A stretch of 64,000 nucleotides of DNA from Eledone cirrhosa. Taxonomy: Eukaryota. The notes beneath the pieces were generated by a model. The model was given only the letters and a program-made list of their open reading frames with translations, made no database searches and had not been told where the DNA came from. The stretch covers positions 63,488,001 to 63,552,000 of the forward strand of contig OZ024744.1 in NCBI GenBank assembly GCA_964016885.1, in the 5' to 3' direction. Every line of letters begins with the position of its first letter. Position 1 is the stretch's first letter. The translations under genes were made by a program, and so were the position numbers. Below, one piece after another: positions 51,745 through 64,000 of the stretch.

Positions 51745-52570
51745 AAGGAGGTTTATATAGAGACGACATACGATTTATTGTAGAAAAACATAATAATAGT
51801 GAATTAAATAGAATAAAGAAAGCAATTATAGAATTTTTTTAAATCACGACCTGAAATTAGAAGTAGAAAATAATAACAAAATAGTTAATTTTTTAGACGT
51901 GACTCTTAACTTGAACTCAGGCCTTTATTATCCTTTCCATAAACTCAATGAGAATTTAAATTATGTTAGTTTTTATTCTAATCATCCTAAAAGTGTTAAG
52001 AATGCAATAGTCAACGGTGTACAACAACGAATATCCAGGCTATCTGCTAATAGATCCATATTTAATAGTAAGGCTGTATATTATAATGAAGCGTTACATA
52101 AAGCTGGATATAACAATGATATTGAGTATATAGAAAAAAATACTCTGTTCCTTTTACTTTCCTTACACTTTCCATCTTTTGTCATTATTCCTCCTTTTTT
52201 TTATATAGTTCTTTTACTCATTCATTCTTTTATCTATTTATATATGTATTTATTTATTTTTTCTTGCCTTTCCTCCTATTTACACCCTCTCTCATATCTC
52301 TAATTTGCTCTACGTCCTTTTCTTCTTTAAGTTTATCATATTATTTGTGGTATATAAACATTGAGATTTGATTAAATAAATCACTGCCAATACTGGAATT
52401 GAATAATCAAGACCGTAGCGGTATGTCACATATCAATATATCAAATCATATATTTTATCTGATGAAGACGTACTGAAAAAAAAAAACACAGTACCTTTGA
52501 AATATATATATATAATAAAGCATAAATTTTGATTATGTGAATATCTTTCATTTGTTAATATTTTGAATAA
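51745..52570 (+). mobile_element. Internally deleted Naiad-like PLE (family of 60390-63545) with hammerhead at 52454-52515
   Basis: GGLYRDD, NFLDVTL, SNHP; CTGATGA..GTACTG/CAGTAC..GAAA-TATATA. Confidence 0.8.
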
Positions 52571-52589
52571 TATATATATATATATATAA

Positions 52590-53222
52590 GTGATCCCCTC
52601 TGGCTTCTCAACATTCTCTACCAATTCTGGTAGAGAATGTTGAGAATGCTAGAATTAGTTGAGGACTTCCTGTATTTGGGAGCAAAGATTGGGAATACGG
52701 AAGATGATGTGGCTGAGAGGAAGAGCAAAGCCTGGACGGCGTGCCACAGCTTGAAATCGGTGTGGAAGTCGGACCTTCGTAAAGACCTACCTGCTGTAGT
52801 GGAGTCTGTGCTGCTGTACGGGTCTGAAACTTGGACACTGACCAAGAAACTCATTCAGATGGTGGGTGGGTGCTACACGAGAATGCTGAGGATGGCTCTG
52901 AACATTAATCAGTATACACTGAGGATGAAAAACTCAAAGCTGTATGGGAGCCTCCCAAAAGTCAGCTCAAAAGTGACACAGAGGAGACTGAGGTTAGCTG
53001 GACATGCTCACCGACATCCAGAGTTGACATTGCACTCAGTGCACCTGTGGGAGCCCCTACATGGACACACTGGAAGAGGAAGACCAAGGTTAACATATGT
53101 TGATGCCCTAAGGACAGACACTGATCTGTTGGAGACGCAGGACATGGAAGCGATAATGAAGGACAGAGACCACTGGAGAGAACTCGTCTATGGATCTCGG
53201 GAATTTCACCCGCCCTAGAAAA

Positions 53223-53225
<3 letters not shown>
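52590..53225 (+). mobile_element. RTE-family 3' fragment
   Basis: FLYLG, VESVLLYGSETW, RRLRLAGH, GRGRPRLTYVD. Confidence 0.85.
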
Positions 53226-53284
<59 letters not shown>

Positions 53285-53289
<5 letters not shown>

Positions 53290-56065
53290 GAATTCACAAG
53301 AATCAAAGCTATGTTCAAAGCATTTATTAACTTACAATTGTTTCATCCAAACCTTAGCTTGGTGTCTTCGGAGCATTTTTCAATGTTTGTACACATAATT
53401 GACCTCTTTTCCAACGCAAGAGACATACAGATACATATATATATATATTGATGTACAGTGGAGTGACATATATTATACTATATTATTTCTGTATAGCAAT
53501 TCAGATTCAAAATCAAAATCAAAATTAAAATTAAAACAAAATTAAAACAAAATTAAAATACATTCGGCAGTTCACACAGATAATGCAAGAGGATAGTTTG
53601 TTAGTCAGATGTAGTAGTTAGTGTGTGCGTTAGTTACACGTGGGGCATGCCAGGGTGTCTCATTTATATATGATTATTGTGTGGCAGGGTGTTACATGTA
53701 ATACAAGCACTTTAAGCGGGTAAGTAAGAGTATTATGTTGGTTGTAGTGGTAAGGTATTTTTTGTATATAATAAAAAAGTATGTGTGCAGAAAAATAAAA
53801 ATAAAGAGGAGAAGCAAAAGAAAGTTATGGTTTTCGTATCCACCACCATTTTCACATTCAGGAAAAGTAAATATAGTTTTTACATCCATCACAGAAGTAA
53901 CGATGATTCCGTATTGGATGTTTGATGCATTAAATTAAATTATTTTAGCTTATTGCGGCTCAGTGTTATTTAATCCAAATTTATAGAATAGGTTGATTCA
54001 GCTGCGAGAATTTACAGCAGTTTATTATCCGGAAGTATGTGTGTAATTAAGGGGAGTTAATGCGTAAGGGGAGGTAGCTAGCAGATTTCCATAACTAAAT
54101 TTATTGTTCTAACATACATTATAAGGCGCTTCAATTGAGTCCCTTATATAGACGGTTATATATTTATATACAGTTTCCAATTTTAAATACAGTCTACTCT
54201 ATCATGATGTACTAAAGGTATCTATATTAGGATGATTACTCCCTATCATACAGTGCTACAACTGAATACTCCATACAAAGAACCATATCTTTATATCAAA
54301 GTTCACTGTAAATGTAGTTTACTCTCAGAACATGTCAGGGGACCTATTAGAATTATGTCTACATAACCCCTGGTAAGTTTGGAGCAGCGTATGGCTGTTT
54401 GCATGGCAAAGCCTAATACATCTCTAGGACAGACAAATACATCCCTCATTTACAATGTCATTAATCTATCCATCAAGTTATACTTGCAGATATAACTCAC
54501 ATACTATTCATACATAATTCATTGCACTCAACATATAAGTTAGACAGATCTCTTATGTTAATAAATTAATCTTATATATGTCCAATGTTATCACTCCATA
54601 CATATAAATACAATTGCATAAATAATTCATTGTCGAATCTGGCATTTAAAGCTTATATAGACTGTATTGTATCACTATATAATTATAAGTAATTGAAAGT
54701 AATTATACTAAAAGTAGGTGTTTATAGGGATATTTCTAGGGTATAAAGTTATAGATAGATGGAATGATTTGTGTTGAGATAGGGTGGATCAGAGAGTGTG
54801 GAGTTGTGGTGTAAGGTGTACCCTTGAGGTGTGGTGTTAGAAGTGGTGATGGGTTCAAGTCTGACATTGTTATATATTGGGTTTAAAGTTTTGGAAGGAG
54901 TGCCGGAAGCGGTGCTGGCACGACGCAAACACTTCCGATTTTTTTATTAAGGAGGTTATGGTTTGAGAAGATTATAGTATGGGTCTCTAGTAGACAGAGG
55001 TTACAGAATTTATTAGGTGGTTTGTACGATGCCGCCTTACCTATCACTTCCCATTTAAGTGTATAAGATCTATTTCTAGTTTTTAGATAGTGTATGTAGC
55101 TAGATAGTGAAGTGGAGTTGGCTAGACTGTGTTTTTTGAAAGAATGGAGGTGTGAATTGTATCTGGTTTTGAAGCAGTTCGAAGTAGAGCCTATATAGGT
55201 TTCAGAAGAGTTGCTAGTTATGACGGTGCATGAGTATATGATGTCCTTGATTAAGCAGTTTTTATCTAAAGGGCAGGTTCTATTAGATCTACAGTTACAA
55301 TTATTTTGGATGTTAACCTGCCGGTTATTATGTTGTGTAGAAGTCTGGTTGCTAGGTATTGCATTATGGCTTTGGGGGTTGTCGCTCCCAGCGTTATTGA
55401 TTTCACTAGTGCTATTACTATTATTACTATTGATATCAGGGTTTGCAGATATAAAGTTGTTTTGAAGGTTTACCCCCTGCCGTGTTTTGGTTTGTTGGAA
55501 GTAAGTATTAATTTTTCTTTTATTGCTACTAGCTATGTGGTATGCTATGTTATGCGTGGTAGAGTAGGAGATTTTAATGGTGTTTTTGTTTATAAGACTA
55601 TGGTACTTGTGGCCAGATGGGAAGTTTTTATCCAGGAGTGGGAAGAAAGCCTTAGGTAGGTTGGTAGAGACGTTTAGATTGAAAGGGGGGTTGAAAAATG
55701 TATTATTTCTTCTTCTATTTTTGTTTTTTATGTCTGGTGAGATGCTTCCGTTTATGGTATTTTGGTGACCTCCCTGGTGTGGGTTACGTTTGTTGCCACC
55801 CTTCGTACTAGTGTGTGTGTGGTTATTATTCTTATTACTATTTTTCCTCCTCATGGACATATTGTGCGAAATAATGTTGTAACTATGTGTTTTTGTAGGT
55901 AGGAATTCGATCTCATTATTATGGCCTGATCTAGCTAATGCCTGATTATAATATTGTGAGTTTTTGCTAAATATGTTTTCGTCATAAGATAGATTAGAGA
56001 TTCTATTGGATATTCCCTTAGAGATAGAGTTTAATATTGATCTAGGGTGGTTAGACTTGGTATCT
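53285..56065 (-). mobile_element. 5'-truncated Naiad-like PLE with open thumb-linker-GIY-YIG ORF and about 1.6-kb 3' region
   Basis: SNHP, FNPPF, IKISYSTT, CNC..CPL..CL, IIY..YIG, CNLC; terminal hammerhead variant CCGAAGA..GAAA-CAATTG-TA at 53330-53374. Confidence 0.9.
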
Positions 56066-56124
56066 AACAAAATGGCGTAGGACAGAACAAAGGAGAGGCA
56101 CAGAAACAAAGAAAGGAATCCCCA

Positions 56125-56167
56125 GTCACTGAAGAGGTCACAGAGTGTGTGACGAAAGAACTATGAC
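56125..56167 (+). ncRNA. Minimal hammerhead ribozyme
   Basis: GTCA-CTGAAGA-G-GTCACA/TGTGAC-GAAA-GAACTA-TGAC. Confidence 0.8.
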
Positions 56168-56406
56168 AATATATAAACAACTATCTGGTTGTGGAACCAA
56201 CCAACCAACCAACCAGAAATTTATAAATTTATAAATTTATTATAAATTTATAAATTTATTATAAATTTATTATAATAATAAATTGAAGTGAAAGCAACTG
56301 GTGCGTGTGTGTCTTATTGGCAACATGACCCTCCCAAAGTATAACAATATCGGTTTCAACACACGATTTCAGATAAAGAATCTTGCTAAACAAATTCAGA
56401 AACGAA

Positions 56407-59330
<2,924 letters not shown>

Positions 59331-59360
59331 AAAGAATAGAGGTGTAACACGCAAGTTATT

Positions 59361-60372
59361 ATATATTGGTAAACGGAATAGAAAATGCTGACAAATTGTT
59401 CACAGTTGAAAAATGGTTTAATTAGGAATAAAAGAGTATTAGTGATTGTATGGGTTAGTATTCAGTTGTGGTTTTAAGTTTTTAAGTTTTTACCGGTTGC
59501 GCATTTCTAAATGCTTTTCAAAAATAATTTTGAGATAGAGTGTCCGTGTTGTTTGCTCTGATCTGATTAGTTTTGGGAATTCTACCTGTTTTTATGTTAA
59601 AAAAAGTGGCTCCAGCGTTACTTTGGTGTTGCAAAAATTCTTGTGGTCAAAACAATTTTGATTGGTCGGTAGAGGTCATGTGAATGTAAAAAATTGATTT
59701 TGCGCCAAGACTGTTTTTATGTTAAAAAAGTGGCTCCAGCGCTACTTGGTGATTGCAAAAATTCTTGTGGTCAAAACAATTTTGATTGGTCGGTAGAGGT
59801 CATGTGAATAAAAAATTGGGTTTGCGCCATTATCACAACATCGAACACCTTACTACTACTACACACACACACACACACACATATATTTGTTGTGAAAGAG
59901 TCATTTCTCAATCTTGGCGCAAAACCAATTTTTTATTCACATGACCTCTACCGACCAATCAAAATTGTTTTGACCACAAGAATTTTTGCAAACACCAAGT
60001 AGCGCTGGAGCCACTTTTTTAACATAAAAACAGTCTTGGCGCAAAATCAATTTTTTTGCATTCACATGACCTCTACCGACCAATCAAAATTGTTTTGACC
60101 ACAAGAATTTTTGCAACACCAAAGTAACGCTGGAGCCACTTTTTTAACATAAAAACAGGTAGAATTCCCAAAACTAATCAGATCAGAGCAAACAACACGG
60201 ACACTCTTTCTCAAAATTATTTTTGAAAAGCATTTAGAAATGCGCAACGGTAAAAACTTAAAAACTTAAAACCACAACTGAATACTAACCCATACAATCA
60301 CTAATACTCTTTTATTCCTTTTTTCAACTGTGAACAATTTGTCAGCATTTTCTATTCCGTTTACCAATATAT
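59361..60372. repeat. Fold-back (about 460-bp arms, each with a roughly 120-bp tandem duplication) carrying variant hammerheads
   Basis: Arms 59361-59829 and 59915-60372; TTGAAAA-GCATTT/AAATGC-GCAA-CCGG-TA. Confidence 0.92.
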
Positions 60373-60389
60373 ATATATATATATATATA

Positions 60390-63300
60390 TACAATGATAT
60401 TAAAAAAATCGAAACTATATTTATAAAACCATATTTATTCTATTATATATATTTCAAGTGTACCAAAATTTTGGTACGCTATAATCAGATAAAATACGAA
60501 TTGTGTTTTATAAATGTTGACATAACCAAGGAAAATATACCTTAACGGTTCAAGTTTTCCTTGGATAGTGAAGGGATAAGGGAAGAAAAGACAGATATTT
60601 CAAATTATTAAGATGAGTATGCAAATGAGGTTTAGGTAAAAGGGCTGACAAAAAAACGTTATTTTAGACGCTATGGAGAATTTAAATAATTATGATAAGT
60701 TTTGTATGTGTAGGAAAGAAGAGAAAAGAAGAAGAGCTAGCATTTACGTTGATTTGGGGGAAAGAAGTGGAATATGATTCCAGAATTTAAATTTAAATTT
60801 ATTTACCTATATTATGAGTTATAATATTGTATATATAATCAATTAGATTATATGACGAATTATGGTTGTAAGTATTTTTATCTTATTACATTACGATAAG
60901 TTATATGTATATAAATATCTATATAGATTAATAATTGCGTATGTATTAGTATTATAGAGATATAAATAATTTACAATTATTAGTTGTTTATATATCAAAT
61001 ATGAGTTACGAAGGAAGTTGATTTTGTATTTTACTTAAAAAATAGGTGGTTCAAGTTGTGAGAGTAGAACAATTTGTGGATTCAAAAATTTTGTTCAACA
61101 GTGAAAATGTTTTCAGAATATTGTTAATTTAGCGAAGTTATATAGATTATCAAACATAATATGTTTATGTTTGTACGATTGAGAAAGATAACTCCAATTT
61201 TGTTTGTTAACCGTTAAATTTGATGAGTGATTTACTCCAAAATATATAGCGAAAATTATATATTATTTTGTGTGAGATCAATTATTTTAGTCGAAAGATG
61301 TGTGAATGTTTGAATAACAAAAAAAGAAGAAAAACGTAATGTACTTTTCGAAGTAAAGAGGATAAATTTTCAGAATGTCATTTAAAGATTATCAATCTAC
61401 ATCTAAAAAAATATATTTAGAGGGGTATCATTAGAAAAATAAGGTCAGAATTAAACATAATGTCAGAATTAAAATAATGTCGGAATTAAAAATATTAAAT
61501 ATATATATTAAAAATATTAGAAATATTAGAGATATTAAAAAAATTTAGAAATATTAAAAATATTAAAAAATATAAAAAATATTAAAAATATTTAAAAAAT
61601 TTACATTTAAATTTTTTAAAAAGTAGGATCATTTTGAAGGTCAATAGGAATATTATAAATTAAAAATAGTTCTGAACGTGGAATTTTGGCGATGTCTGCA
61701 AGAAGAAAATAATTCTGTTCTGAGATTAATAGAGTTTTGACAGTTAATTATATAAAAAATTTCTTCGATACACAATTTACAGAATCTTGATAAAGCCATC
61801 TTTCCGTTTGCAGGTGCTTTTAAAATCGTTCTCCAATGTATTGAATAGTCTATATTGTTGTCTTTTAAGTTCAAAATTAGATGAGAAAGTGAAGTAGAAG
61901 ATTTTTTTATCAGACTCCTAAATGTATGATTATGGTTATTCCAGCGTTCTTTAAATTTTGTTGAAGTGGCACCAACATAGTTAAACAGTTTGTCTCTAGT
62001 TTTAACTGTGCCTTTATAAACTATGTTTCTGTCAATCAATTATTTTGTAAAGGGCAGTTTGATTTGATTCTACAGTTACATTTACTGGAGTTATTGTTGT
62101 TCAGAACGGTACTATTATTCTGAATATTGTTGTTAGAAATATTATTATTGCTATTTTGGTTAGTTTGGTTAGGATTCAGATTTAAGTTTATATTATTAAT
62201 TCTATTTATATTTTGTGCTATGTTCATAGTAGTAGAGTAGGATAGTTTTATAGTATGTCTGTTAAAAATAGAGTGGTATCTGTGGGCTTTAGGAAAACAT
62301 TTATCTAGTACTTTAAAGAATAGCTTTGCTAAAGGTGTTTTAAGGCTTAATGAGAATGGGGGAGAGAACCAAATAATATTTCTAGTTCTAGTTTTTTTGT
62401 TTGGTTTAGTGTTTAAATCAATACTAGGATGATTTGTCATGTTATTGTTATCTATGTATTTAATTCTATTCGAGTATCCTGCTCTATGTAAAGCTTCATT
62501 ATAATATTCAGCCTTATCATCAAAAATATTTTTATTAGCAGAGATGCGTGAAATCCGTTGTTGGACGCTATTGACAATAGTGTTTTTAATACTTCTAGGA
62601 ATTGAAACTTACATAATTTAGATTTTCGTTAATTTTATGGAAAGGATGATAAAGACCTGTGCTAAGGTTTAAGGTTACATCTAAGAAGTTAACGTTTTTG
62701 TAGTTATTCTCTATTTCTAACTTAAGATTGTAGTTGTTGAAAAATTGTATTATGGATTTTCTTTTCCTATTAATTTCACTATTGCTATGGTTTTCAATTA
62801 AAAGTAACACATCGTCACGATATAAACCTCCGGCCATCTATGGCATTTTCCTATGCAGTACATTATTAATAAATAATCCAACGAGGTCCATTAGTTGCGC
62901 CGAGTCAGATGATCCCATAATGATATCAAAATTGTTTTTTCTGTCGGCTCTTGTCCAGAGATGATTATTAAATTCTATTAGGGTTTTACGTGCTGCTAGA
63001 ATTATATTCATTTCTTCACTAGATAGGTCTGTATGTTTAGACGCGTAGATAAGTGCCTTATTAAGTAAACTAGGGGTAATAGAGAAGTAGTAATTTGCAA
63101 TATCCATTTGAAAGAATTTTTTGTTATGTTTTAATTTTATGTTATTGAACCAATCTATAACTTCATTAGTACCGTTCCATAGTTTAAGGTGTGATTTTTT
63201 CTTTAAGTAGTGGTATAATTCTATCTAATATATGTTTGCTAATTATGCCTAAGTCCGATTTGTGGTCTTTCAGGTTAATTTTCGGTTTTCTAGGTATAAA

Positions 63301-63545
63301 GGGTTCAGTCCTATTTCGGATGCCTAATTTATAAATAATTTCAGAAGCTTCTCTATTTAACGTTGAAAGATCTTCATTTGATGTTATTTTGTAGTTTTTT
63401 CTGAGTTCTTTCAATATAAGGTTATTATATTCGTCCTTTTCCATAGCATATAAATTATTAGTTTTATCAGATTTTACGAGGATCTTCTTAGTTTTTTCTA
63501 GATTGTCTATTTTATTCTTTTCTAGATTGTTTATTTTATTCCTCT
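60390..63545 (-). mobile_element. Naiad-like PLE, frameshifted, with 3' hammerhead at 60441-60494
   Basis: LKDHK, DIIMGSSDSAQ, GGLYRDD, WFSPPFS, CNC..CPL, YVG..FKERW, CKLC. Confidence 0.9.
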
Positions 63546-63602
<57 letters not shown>

Positions 63603-63821
63603 AACATACATATATACACATACATGAACACACATGCATACATTACACACATACATATATATATATATACACATATATATATATACATATACATATATAT
63701 ATATATATGTATATGTGTATATATATGTATATGTATGTGTGTAATGTATGCATGTATGTTCATGTATATATGTATGTTTGTGTGTATATATACATGTATA
63801 TATATATATGTATATATATAT

Positions 63822-64000
63822 GTCAGGTCACCAGTTGGTGCTACTGGTAACATGTATCCCAGTACAACCTGTCCCATGGTCGGGTCGTTGGCGACTAAAC
63901 TGGCAACCCCACCTAGGTTTCTTGGTGAGGAGGGTGACTTTGGACATCCTGCAGGACTAAAAACAAAACCTGTCAAAGGGCAAAGGAGCTCTTAAGAGTC
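63822..64000 (+). mobile_element. RTE-derived element 5' module (runs off window)
   Basis: Matches 7575-7770 (minus), 8725 and 14545. Confidence 0.7.

Overview
AT-rich, repeat-dominated eukaryotic (animal) DNA. The mix of Meta/CORE tRNA-SINEs, RTE, R4/Dong, Penelope-like elements (PLEs) and long (TA)n/(CA)n tracts suggests a mollusc, probably a cephalopod; this is inference. One host gene is recognisable: a two-exon Orai (CRAC channel pore) gene on the minus strand (26883-27038 and 23812-24318). Nearly everything else is transposon debris: R4/Dong REL-LINEs in (TAA)n, RTE LINEs (one family with a PHD-like finger inside the RT), Naiad- and Neptune-like PLEs, non-autonomous Helitrons, piggyBac-like MITEs and SINEs. 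The most striking unexplained structure is about 20 minimal hammerhead-ribozyme (HHR) motifs, found by eye, and about a dozen short fold-back (palindromic) elements, mostly lodged in (TA)n tracts. Where polarity can be read, the fold-backs are head-to-head copies of a PLE 3' end. Several pivot at the position of hammerhead helix II, suggesting ribozyme-structure-directed cDNA snap-back. One Naiad family also carries a degenerate (TA/TG) microsatellite in its own 3' UTR that has collected nested insertions. All calls are from reading the sequence; coordinates of decayed repeats are approximate.
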